This document shows, in pieces, positions 36,959 to 45,611 of a stretch of 64,000 nucleotides of DNA. A model generated the notes under the pieces. It had not been told where the DNA came from and ran no database searches. It worked only from the letters and a program-made list of their open reading frames with translations. How positions within the stretch are numbered: the first letter of the stretch is position 1; every line of letters starts with the position of its first letter. The stretch spans positions 87,265-151,264 of the forward strand of contig CAJINV010000019.1 in NCBI GenBank assembly GCA_905178155.1, in the 5' to 3' direction. The DNA is from Amoebophrya sp. A120. Lineage: Eukaryota > Protista > Dinoflagellata. Made by a program: the position numbers and the translations under genes.

Positions 36959-38035
36959 TCAGACCAGCGCCGCCAGTCCACTCAAAATGCCCACTGTCAC
37001 CGAGACCGTCAGACTGACGCACTGCGTGATAACCCGCCACTTCGCCTCCTCCCCTTCCGCACCAGTCAACCCCGCAAGCTGCCGGTCATTTGCTCCGTTC
37101 AACCGCGTCTTCCAGCGCAGCCACCAGACCGCGTTACTATTCGGGTATAATTGTTCTTCTTCCCGTGAATCTAATAAAAGGAAAAAAACCAGGCAACAGA
37201 CACGGTAGGACAAGACGGTTAGTAACGTGGCGATCAGGCCCTGGATTGCGTAGTCGAGTCGCACGAGGTTTTTCCGGGCGGCCGCGACCACAATTATTTC
37301 AGTGTTCGCACTCTTCACCTTTTTGCTCTTCAACAAATACACCCGGATCTCCTTCACTGCAGAATACAGCAGCCAGCACATAATCGACTGGCCCAGAATG
37401 CAGCCGAACCCCATCACCCCGTACGGATCGCGCATGTCCGTGTGGTCGCGCAACCGGTAGATGGCGTTCTCCGTGTGGTTTTGCACCGTGAAAAAGCCAA
37501 GAAGGATGGACGTGTAGAGAAGCTGGCTCAGAACGGTTCGCAGCTTGTTTTGATGATCCTGCTCGTTTATTTCTTTACTGTTGAGCTGAAAACCAAAACG
37601 CCGGAGATGATAGCCGCACAACAACACGATCGCCCAAAACTCGCCGCTGACGATTAGACCCCAGAGCCACTTCGCTTTCTGAAAGTGATTCAAATCCTGC
37701 CACAGCCTTACCGGGATGGGGTCCAGGCGCAACTCCGTGATGTTCCAGACGAGCGACAAAAGGCTCCGTGGGAGGATAAAAGCGAAGAAGGGGATGAGAG
37801 TAAGCAGGACTAGGACCTCGAAAGGACACATCCAACGGACTTGAAGCGGTAACTTATTTTGCTCGCCGTGCTTCAGTGAACGAGCCTCTGTGACAACAGA
37901 GGACTTGGCCTTCGACGGGGATACTTTATTTCTTGATGATGAGGTCGGTCGTGTAGGGAATCCAGCTGCGCCAGTACGCGTCGGCGTGCGACCGCGGCCA
38001 CGAGCAGTTGCAAGGGTCTGTTTCGATGGAGCCAT
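36959..38035 (-). CDS. Intronless multi-pass membrane hypothetical protein (358 aa)
   Basis: ATG-initiated ORF with about six hydrophobic segments; same strand as neighbours. Confidence 0.75.
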   Translation of the reverse strand: MAPSKQTLATARGRGRTPTRTGAAGFPTRPTSSSRNKVSPSKAKSSVVTEARSLKHGEQNKLPLQVRWMCPFEVLVLLTLIPFFAFILPRSLLSLVWNITELRLDPIPVRLWQDLNHFQKAKWLWGLIVSGEFWAIVLLCGYHLRRFGFQLNSKEINEQDHQNKLRTVLSQLLYTSILLGFFTVQNHTENAIYRLRDHTDMRDPYGVMGFGCILGQSIMCWLLYSAVKEIRVYLLKSKKVKSANTEIIVVAAARKNLVRLDYAIQGLIATLLTVLSYRVCCLVFFLLLDSREEEQLYPNSNAVWWLRWKTRLNGANDRQLAGLTGAEGEEAKWRVITQCVSLTVSVTVGILSGLAALV

Positions 38036-40174
38036 AATGGTGGTCTAATGTGAAATTAACTAATAAAAAGTTTGATTTTAACCATTACTACAGTGCCGTC
38101 AGTGGCGTCTGTGCGAGATAAAATGAATATTATGAATGCCGCTTCTAGAACGAGAAAGCTAGCTACTGGAGCGAGTTACGAAAAGTTGTGGTCGTGTACT
38201 ACTGCTAGACAGCGCGCCATCTAGCCACGGCTTTCCATGTTTAAGTCTGCCTGACAATGGTGATCGTATGCTGTAGCAGTAGATCTAGAATGTAGGATTT
38301 TCATACCATTGTCCATTGAAAGTTCGGCTACTTACACCACGGTCCGATCGACTTCCAACGACGGTATAGGGATCTAGTATCCACCTCATTCTGGAGCACC
38401 CCGAAGCCACAACTCTTTCGGATGATCGTTTGTGGCTCTACAACTTTTTGTGAACCAAAGACCGAGATGAAGATGATCTTCCATAGCTATTTTTTGTAGT
38501 TTTATTCCCGGGCCCGAAATTGTTGGTATTTAAGCAGAGCGCCGCATACCCGACCCACTTCTTCCATATCTGATTCATTGATTTGTCATTCCTGCTGGAT
38601 TAGGCAGTGGATGCAGCTCCGACCGAATGATAGATCAGGTAGTTGCCGAAAACATGTGTGATGCACCGATACTCATCGTGCATAATCGAGAGGAGATTCT
38701 TTGCTGTAGCAAGGAGGAAGGACTTTCTCATGCATCTTCCTGTACGCGGCTGATCGCCCGGCATACCTCACAGATGAATTGATTTTTAAACATCAGCTGC
38801 AAGCGGCAACCGGAATGCGTTTTCATGCACAATTTCATTGTTTCCTGTGTTTCTCTTTCTTTCAAGAGGCATTTCGATTTCCGGGGTTCTCAAAATTGAT
38901 ACAAAGAGTGTGTGAAACAATGTGTCATGAAGATCGATGTGGATGTGTAATCTGGGTTATTTCAATTTTATTCATTTTGATTTATGTAGACTCACGGTTC
39001 GTAAAAAAGCATTTTTTCCGTCGGATCGCTCAATGCACCGGTTTCCGGCCCGAGCCTATGTCCATCATACAAATATCAGTTCGACTAGTTTGTACAGGTG
39101 ACACAGATGTTGTAATATTATATTGGTATTTTTGCGTATTGCATTTGCAATTGCAGTGGTGTAAAAATGCATTTGACTTTCTACGAATTTTGGCGCATGA
39201 AGTCTTTCGATGATGCGTAGCTCTCAAGTGTGCTTCTTGTAAGTAATATAATGACATCCAGATTGTAAAATGATTTTCAAAAATTCAACGGAGCACCAGC
39301 GGCCCTTTGGCTGCTTGGCAGCATGATATTTTTCACGACGTTGCCTCCGGATAAAGTGCAGTGCGGGTCCGAGAAGCACGAGAGGCTGCAGCAACGCTGC
39401 TCTATCCTCATCAAATCCTGTTCGCTTCGCGACCACCACCGCTCCCACCCAGGCACTTTCAATATTGTCCTCGTCCGTGGAAAAAAAACCGGTATCGGGA
39501 TTACATTACTTGAGCTTCATCTTTGGAAGTCTAAGTGTGTAAAATTTTGTTTATCATCAATCTATTAAAAAGTTGTCAGCAGCTTCTATGTTAGCGGATT
39601 TAGTAGACCTGACACGAGGCCTTCTGAAAAAAATCAGTCTCCAATAGATATCGGCATGGCTTTTGAAAAGTTGTTAAAACACGAAGGAAAACACAAACTG
39701 TAAAATGATAATTGGTTTAGCTAAAAATGTTAAAAGTTGAACCTAAGTAGTTGCATAATTTCGTAAACTTATCAATCTTGACTTTGTTCGAGTCTTCGTC
39801 CCTGGAATCGTTTCTTGTCTGTTTGTTTGTTTGTAGACATGCGGCAAGGTGGAAACGCGTCTACTCACCTTTTTTTCCCTAGCGCTACTTCAATAAAAAC
39901 CCCTTTACGCAAAGATGCTTGAGAAAATCCTTAGGGGCTGCTACCGGTAGTGTACGACTTGCTTTAAAAATAATTATACGGCCTGCTGGAAAGTGGTACT
40001 TTTATAAAGCGCCAAACTCCGTTGTAAATCTGTTGCGAATTTCCGTTGAAAAAAGGCTACTTCTTGGACCACTTCTACCTTGCTTAGGAAGATCACGACA
40101 CTTTGATCGTTCTGCTTTTGTTTTTCTTTTTAGCTCACTGTAAAGTTTTTAGATCGCCATAAGCTTCCAAGTAA

Positions 40175-40203
40175 AGTTCTCAACTAACAGTTCTCAACTA
40201 ACA
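40175..40203. repeat. 14-bp tandem duplication at retrotransposon 3' end
   Basis: agttctcaactaac x2, 25 bp past the stop codon of the RNase H ORF. Confidence 0.7.
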
Positions 40204-40227
40204 TAGACCGGAGCCTTTTGCAGAGCA

Positions 40228-41862
40228 TCACTCTTCAACCGCGCTGCGGCCTCGTCCATCGGACCACCACTGGTGCCGTATTGCCGGGAAGGGGCCGGCG
40301 AGTGGTGCGAGGGCGTCGTTGGCATCCACTAGGGCCCTCGCGACTTGGTTCGGTTTGTCGCGGCACTCCTCCATGTGCCCGAGGTCCCAGGAGCGGAAGA
40401 ATGACTGCGTGATCGGGCACTCATGCACGAAATGCGCCGTAGTCGCTTTCCCCTGCCCACATAGGGCACAGTCGAGGTCTTCTCCACTCGGCTGCGCCGC
40501 CAACAACCCAAAGCGCAGGGCGTAATACATGGTCTGGCCAACGCGGCCGCCGGCGTCGGTCACCAGATCACGCCCCCAGCCCCCTGTTTCCTGGAGCGTT
40601 TGCGCTGTTTTGCTCTTTGTCTTTTCGTCCCGTTGCCGTTCGGCCAGGTTCCGGCGGGCTTCGTTCCGCACGTAGCGGCGGGCCCCCGTCTTGAACTGCT
40701 TGCGCGTGATCGGTTCGCCCTCTTCCTGCAGGTCGCTGCGGTTGGCGTACCCCGCGAGGTGGTCGGCGACCACGTTCCCCGCGATGCCGGAGTGCCCTGG
40801 CACATACCGGACGACCAGCTTGGCGCAGCTTTTCAGCGCGTCCGCTGCAGCCGTGTAGACCTCGGCGCCCAGGTCGTCCCGCAGTCTCGGATTGAGCAAC
40901 GCCCGCACGTTGGACTGGCTGTCCGTGCAGATCGTCACCTGCTCGCTTTTCAGCGCGTGGCGTGCCACCGCTCGGAAGGCTGCGATGAGCGCCATGCGTT
41001 CGGTTTCGTACGAATCCGTGTGGAGCCCGATGGGCCACGCCGCCCCACACTGGATGCCGAACCCATGCAGAAAGACGCCACAAGACCCGGCAAAGTCTTT
41101 GACCGACCCGTCACAATACAGCACCAGGCTGGACTCCCGAAGGGTGTCCACCAGCGCCGGCGTGCCTTCGTTTTGCCACGTCGCCTGGAAGCGGCCCTGT
41201 TCCTCTGCTTCGTGGAGGACGGACCACCCGCGTCCTGCTCTTGCGCCGATCTCGGGGAGAACGGACGAAACCGCGACGTTAGAGTCGTCGATCACTTGCA
41301 AGCCGGTTTCTAGCCAGTCCACGCTCGAGGTGTTCGCTACCTCCCTCAAAGCGTCCCCGGGCGGTCGTGAGAAAGCACGGGCCGTGAGCGCCGTACTTTC
41401 CACCTGGTAGAGCTCCGGGAGCGACAAAAGGCCGGCCGCCATGAGTGCGCAGGCGCGGTTCACCTGTCTAAACTTCGGAAAGCCCAGCACTTCTTTGGCC
41501 CCCTCCAGCTGGAAACTGTTCAGGGCGGCCGCCTCTTTCGCCCCGAGCCCGCTCCAGTATGTTGCTAGCCCATACGTGAGGACGCTTTCGCAGAATAACT
41601 GGTAAAAAGCCCGGACGGACTTCGACCCGGCGCCCAACGCTCGCGATAGGATGCGCACTGCCGCCATTCGCTTGGTGAGGATTTCGGATATGACTTCAAA
41701 GTGCCGACAGAGTGTCAGCTTGCGATCAAACCACACACCGAGGAAGCGCGGGTGGGGGTCGTAGACGAGCTTTTCCCACCCCGTCGTGGTGCAAGGCGAG
41801 TTCATCCAAGTCGCACGCAAACTCGTTCTGGAAGACGATATACGAGCACTTCCCGGGAGCAA
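40228..41862 (-). CDS. Retrotransposon ORF segment 3: RT thumb, RNase H, zinc knuckle
   Basis: PRFLGVWFDRKL, LYCDGS, ICTDSQS, YVPGHSGIAGNVVADHLA, CALCGQ..HFVHECP. Confidence 0.85.
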   Translation of the reverse strand: MLPGSARISSSRTSLRATWMNSPCTTTGWEKLVYDPHPRFLGVWFDRKLTLCRHFEVISEILTKRMAAVRILSRALGAGSKSVRAFYQLFCESVLTYGLATYWSGLGAKEAAALNSFQLEGAKEVLGFPKFRQVNRACALMAAGLLSLPELYQVESTALTARAFSRPPGDALREVANTSSVDWLETGLQVIDDSNVAVSSVLPEIGARAGRGWSVLHEAEEQGRFQATWQNEGTPALVDTLRESSLVLYCDGSVKDFAGSCGVFLHGFGIQCGAAWPIGLHTDSYETERMALIAAFRAVARHALKSEQVTICTDSQSNVRALLNPRLRDDLGAEVYTAAADALKSCAKLVVRYVPGHSGIAGNVVADHLAGYANRSDLQEEGEPITRKQFKTGARRYVRNEARRNLAERQRDEKTKSKTAQTLQETGGWGRDLVTDAGGRVGQTMYYALRFGLLAAQPSGEDLDCALCGQGKATTAHFVHECPITQSFFRSWDLGHMEECRDKPNQVARALVDANDALAPLAGPFPAIRHQWWSDGRGRSAVEE

Positions 41863-42940
41863 GCTGCATATTGCTTCGGCTGCAGAAGTCGGCGACCACG
41901 TCCAGGGCGGCCTGGAGTAGTTTCTGCGCCTCCCCTGTCTCCCCGGACCCGTGCTCTAGCGTGAGCGCCAAGTCGTCCACGTACGCGAGGACTTGCACTC
42001 GTGGGCACTTCTTCTGCAGCTCTCGGAGCAGAATGTCGGCGAAACTGCACCAGACCAGCGGGCCGAGGCACGTGCCTTGCGGGACCCCCTGGCGCAGCGG
42101 GACGGCCTGGGAGATCTCGTCGCTGAACCTCACCACTCGGCGGCGGTTGGTGACGAAGGAGCAGATCCACCGCGTGAGCAGCAGGAGCTCCTGTTTTCGT
42201 GCCGGGTCTTTAAACTCGTGCCGCCGCTCCAGTAGTCCGCTGAGGAACAGCGGCGGGCAAACACGCTCGAAGGCCGAACTCAAGTCCAGGAAGCACGTCG
42301 CCCTCCGGCGATTCTTGCGCAGGGTGTCGGAGGCCAGGGCCCCCAGCGTTGCCGTGTGGTCCGTCGCGCTTCTTGCGGGTGTGTCCCCGTACTGGTTCTT
42401 GCTGTACAGCGGGGCGCCCTCCGCCTGGAAGGTTAGCCGCAGGCGCCGCAGCACTGTGCGTTCCCAGGCTTTCCCCAAGCACGACGTCAGGGCCACCGGC
42501 CGGAGGGATTTGGGTAGGTCCGCGGCACGGCCGGGCTTTGGTACTGGTACGCAGACTTCCAGCCGCATGACCTCCGGCGTCACGCCTTCGGTGACCCCTT
42601 GCTCGAAGGTTGCGCGCAAGAGCTGCTTGCCCTGTTGCGGGAGGTTTTTCAGCAGCACCCCGTGGATGCTGTCTGGCCCGGGAGCCCCGCCCGGCTTTTG
42701 GCCCCGTAGAGCGAACTCCACGTCATCCAGCTCCAAGCGCAGCGCTGTGCTCGGCGCTAGCTCTTCCGCTAGTGTGTGCTGGTATTGGTCCCAGGCCACT
42801 CGCTCTGCCCCGGGGTCCAACACCGGGTGGGACCCGTAGAAATGCGCCAAGACACACGCGAGCTTTTTGAACACCAGCTTCCCGGCGTATCGCAGCGCTG
42901 TGGTCTGCTGCTTCGGCGGCGGCCGCCCTTGTAGTTCCCA
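41726..42940 (-). CDS. Retrotransposon ORF segment 2: reverse transcriptase core
   Basis: APGPDSI, VPKPG..LRPVALTSCLGKAWER, FLDLSSAFE, GVPQGTCLGP, LAYVDDL. Confidence 0.9.
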   Translation of the reverse strand, partial: WELQGRPPPKQQTTALRYAGKLVFKKLACVLAHFYGSHPVLDPGAERVAWDQYQHTLAEELAPSTALRLELDDVEFALRGQKPGGAPGPDSIHGVLLKNLPQQGKQLLRATFEQGVTEGVTPEVMRLEVCVPVPKPGRAADLPKSLRPVALTSCLGKAWERTVLRRLRLTFQAEGAPLYSKNQYGDTPARSATDHTATLGALASDTLRKNRRRATCFLDLSSAFERVCPPLFLSGLLERRHEFKDPARKQELLLLTRWICSFVTNRRRVVRFSDEISQAVPLRQGVPQGTCLGPLVWCSFADILLRELQKKCPRVQVLAYVDDLALTLEHGSGETGEAQKLLQAALDVVADFCSRSNMQLAPGKCSYIVFQNEFACDLDELALHHDGVGKARLRPPPALPRCVV

Positions 42941-45488
42941 CCCGCAAAAGCCGGAAGGCCCCGCTGGTTGTCTGCTCCGCTTGCTCGAGCTTTTGCCCGA
43001 ACTCGTCGTCCCTCCTGCTGGCCTCGGCGTTTGCTACACGCGCCGTCGCGCGCCGTAACGCGGTGCGCCAGTACAGTCGCTCCGCCGGCGGTGCGAAGGC
43101 CACGCGCTTGATGCACTCTCCCCGCTCTTTCAGTGCAAGGCCTAGCTCCGTGCCTGTTTGCCACCGCGGCTGCCTGTGTCTCTTTCTCGTTCTCGTGACA
43201 TTGCTGCGCGGGATAGACCTGTGCGCGGCGGCTTGTATCGCAGCGCGGATGTGTGCGAACTTGTCCTCGACCGACGGTGGTGCCGGGTGGTCCCGGAGAA
43301 AGGTGCGCATCTCTGCGCGGTACAAGTCCCAGTCCGCCCGATTGAAGTTCAAGCGCGTGCGCCTCTTCGTTGTGGGGAGTGGTTCCTGCCACAAGTCCGG
43401 GCTCCACGGAGCTACCGTTGGGTCCGCCGGGAGGGCCACTACCGCCCCGGGGGCCGGCGCAGGTGGCGTTTTTGTGCTTGGTGTCGGGACCGGTGTGGGG
43501 CCGCCAAATGAAGGAACTATCGGCGCCAGCCCGGAGACTGCGGCAACTAGCAACCCCAGCCCCGGCAAGACCGGCAGTCGCTTCTCCCCTGTGTTGCTCT
43601 GCGCGTCCGCGCTGTGCTTGTTCGCGCGCTGGGCCCGAAGGCGCTCGAACTTCTCCTTGCGGAGAACCTTCTTTTGCCTCCCGGTGAGATTTACTTTCCC
43701 ACCACCTCCTGCTGCTCCCTGTGTTTCGAAACTGGCGTCCTGTGTGCCCCGGAGGCCTTGGTTGGCCTTCTGCCCCGAGCCGGTAGCGCGGCCTCGTCCC
43801 GCCCCTCCTCCCCCGGCGTCGTCTTTTGCTGTGTTGCTGGCGGTGAAGTTCTGCTTCCCCGGACGCTGATCGGCACGTGGCTCGACCAAGTCGAAGACCA
43901 GGGCCGCATGGTCTCCGCCGACGAGGCACACTGCTGGCCCCTGCGGCTGTAGTTCGGCAGCCCGCGCGAGTAGTCTTCCGGTCAGCAAGACTACGTCCGG
44001 CGAGGTCTTCGACGCAGGCCGGGTCGGCAGCGGGGTGGTGTAGAACTCCAGCGCCTGCGCAGTTGCCCAGGTCTTCACCTGGGTCGCCCGTGGCTCCTGT
44101 GTGTGGTTCGCGTCCCAGGAAATTGCAATCTCCCTGCCCGGGGGCATGTTGATTGCCGGTAGGGTGGGAATTCCCGGAGGGGTGTAGACGTTCGCGCTTA
44201 CGCCCCACTCCTTGCCCGTGTCGAGGTTGAACAGGGTGGCGCAGGTGGAGGCAACGTTCTTCCCGCCCTCCGCGACAATGCGGAAGTCCGGGTCTGACTT
44301 CACGACTCCCACTCGCCCCTCTCGGACGATGCTGGCAGCCCCTCCCCCGCTGCCTTCGGTCTCACAGACTTCAAGAACCTCCCAGCCCGGTACGTGGCGC
44401 TGGAGAAATTCGCGGAGGAAGTCTTCGCCGCACCAGGTTTCCTGGAGGTGGCACAAGTCCACCTCGTGCTCCTCGAGCAGCTGGCTCAACGCCGCCCCTT
44501 TCACAGAGGCCGCCGCTTCGTCGCTTTGGTTGAGCGACTGGCAGTTCCACTGCGCGACCCGCACCGCCCCTTGCACGACTGGGTGCTTCGCCCCATACTG
44601 CTCTTCCTCCGCTTTTGCTGCGCCCTTGGCCGGCCCGACTACGTGGCGCGTGTAGTACTTGACCTCCTTCCCCCGGCTACACTCGGGCAAGAGGAAGGTC
44701 GTGCACTTCTTGTGTGCCTTTGCGATGTGCTCGCTGAAACCCTGGACCCTACCCGCATACCCGCGGTTGTATGGGCAGTGCGAGCAGTAGTAGCGCCGCG
44801 CTGCTGCAGCTTGTTTTAGCGTATCCCCCAGGCCAACCACAACGCAGGACTCGGCATTCTGGTAGTTTGGGAGGTCCTGGACGGACACAACGCCTTCGAC
44901 CGCAGGCGCAGCTTCTTCCTGGTCTTCGTCCCCGTCGGGGCCAGCACTGGCGCGCCCTGTGCTGCTGCAGCTATTCCCGCCCGCCTGCAGGCGGTTGGGT
45001 TGTTCCGCTTGTAGTGCAGGTGCTGCCAGGGCATTGGAAACGTTGTCGCCCAGGCCGGGCGGCTGGCGTAGAGCCTTCTTTTGCTCTGTTGTCGGATGCG
45101 CCGCTGCGAGCATTGCTCTGGTTCCGGAGTTGGAGATGTGCTGTGCGGCTCCCTCCTGTGCAGGTCCGCTTGCGACCTGTGTCCCGGCAACCTGCTCCAG
45201 ACCAGGAGGTGTCTGTTGTGGCTGGACCTCCTGCTCCTGCTGGACCCGCGGGAGAGCAGGCTCTCTCGCTGCTGTTGTGCTGCTCACCTGAACCTGATGC
45301 ATCGCCGGTACTGTTTCGTCATTTGCAGGAGGGGGAGGGGGGCCCAGCTGGATTTGTGTTGTCGCGCCGCCTAGTGCTTGTCGGCTGCTGTGTGCAGGGT
45401 GCAAGTCGTGCTGCATCGCCAGAACTTGGCGTGGGGCGGGGGTGTTTCCGTGGGCCTGTAGGCACGTGCGCTGTATCGGAGCAGCCAC
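42723..45488 (-). CDS. Retrotransposon ORF segment 1: C2H2-like finger, APE endonuclease, linker
   Basis: YYCSHC..FSEHIAKAH, QWNCQSL, LQETW, NVYTPP, WDAN, SPDVVL, GDH, NFNRADW. Confidence 0.85.
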   Translation of the reverse strand: MAAPIQRTCLQAHGNTPAPRQVLAMQHDLHPAHSSRQALGGATTQIQLGPPPPPANDETVPAMHQVQVSSTTAAREPALPRVQQEQEVQPQQTPPGLEQVAGTQVASGPAQEGAAQHISNSGTRAMLAAAHPTTEQKKALRQPPGLGDNVSNALAAPALQAEQPNRLQAGGNSCSSTGRASAGPDGDEDQEEAAPAVEGVVSVQDLPNYQNAESCVVVGLGDTLKQAAAARRYYCSHCPYNRGYAGRVQGFSEHIAKAHKKCTTFLLPECSRGKEVKYYTRHVVGPAKGAAKAEEEQYGAKHPVVQGAVRVAQWNCQSLNQSDEAAASVKGAALSQLLEEHEVDLCHLQETWCGEDFLREFLQRHVPGWEVLEVCETEGSGGGAASIVREGRVGVVKSDPDFRIVAEGGKNVASTCATLFNLDTGKEWGVSANVYTPPGIPTLPAINMPPGREIAISWDANHTQEPRATQVKTWATAQALEFYTTPLPTRPASKTSPDVVLLTGRLLARAAELQPQGPAVCLVGGDHAALVFDLVEPRADQRPGKQNFTASNTAKDDAGGGGAGRGRATGSGQKANQGLRGTQDASFETQGAAGGGGKVNLTGRQKKVLRKEKFERLRAQRANKHSADAQSNTGEKRLPVLPGLGLLVAAVSGLAPIVPSFGGPTPVPTPSTKTPPAPAPGAVVALPADPTVAPWSPDLWQEPLPTTKRRTRLNFNRADWDLYRAEMRTFLRDHPAPPSVEDKFAHIRAAIQAAAHRSIPRSNVTRTRKRHRQPRWQTGTELGLALKERGECIKRVAFAPPAERLYWRTALRRATARVANAEASRRDDEFGQKLEQAEQTTSGAFRLLRVGTTRAAAAEAADHSAAIRREAGVQKARVCLGAFLRVPPGVGPRGRASGLGPIPAHTSGRASAEHSAALGAG

Positions 45489-45611
45489 TGTGACTTCGGC
45501 GCCCCATCTTGTCTGTCATTTTAGACAGAGTATCATATTACTTTCTTCTACTTCTACTTCTTTGTTTATTCCCTTCTGAAATAACTAGAGTTTCCGCCCC
45601 TTCCCATCCGC

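Larger units (their letters stand above)
40175..45530 (-). mobile_element. Non-LTR retrotransposon (I/Ingi-group-like: APE endonuclease, RT, RNase H), near full length, two +1 frame breaks
   Basis: APE motifs RVAQWNCQSL and DLCHLQETW; RT motifs GPDSI, PKPG..LRPVALTS, GVPQG, YVDDL, FLGVWFD; RNase H YCDGS, TDSQS, VPGHSGIAGNVVADHLA; C-terminal CALC..H..HEC knuckle; 14-bp tandem repeat at the 3' end. Confidence 0.92.

Noticed and set aside
40568-45493. Long plus-strand and alternate-frame ORFs over the retrotransposon (e.g. 41712..42839, 42769..44208)
   Set aside because: Shadow ORFs of a GC-rich coding region; all conserved motifs lie in the three called frames.
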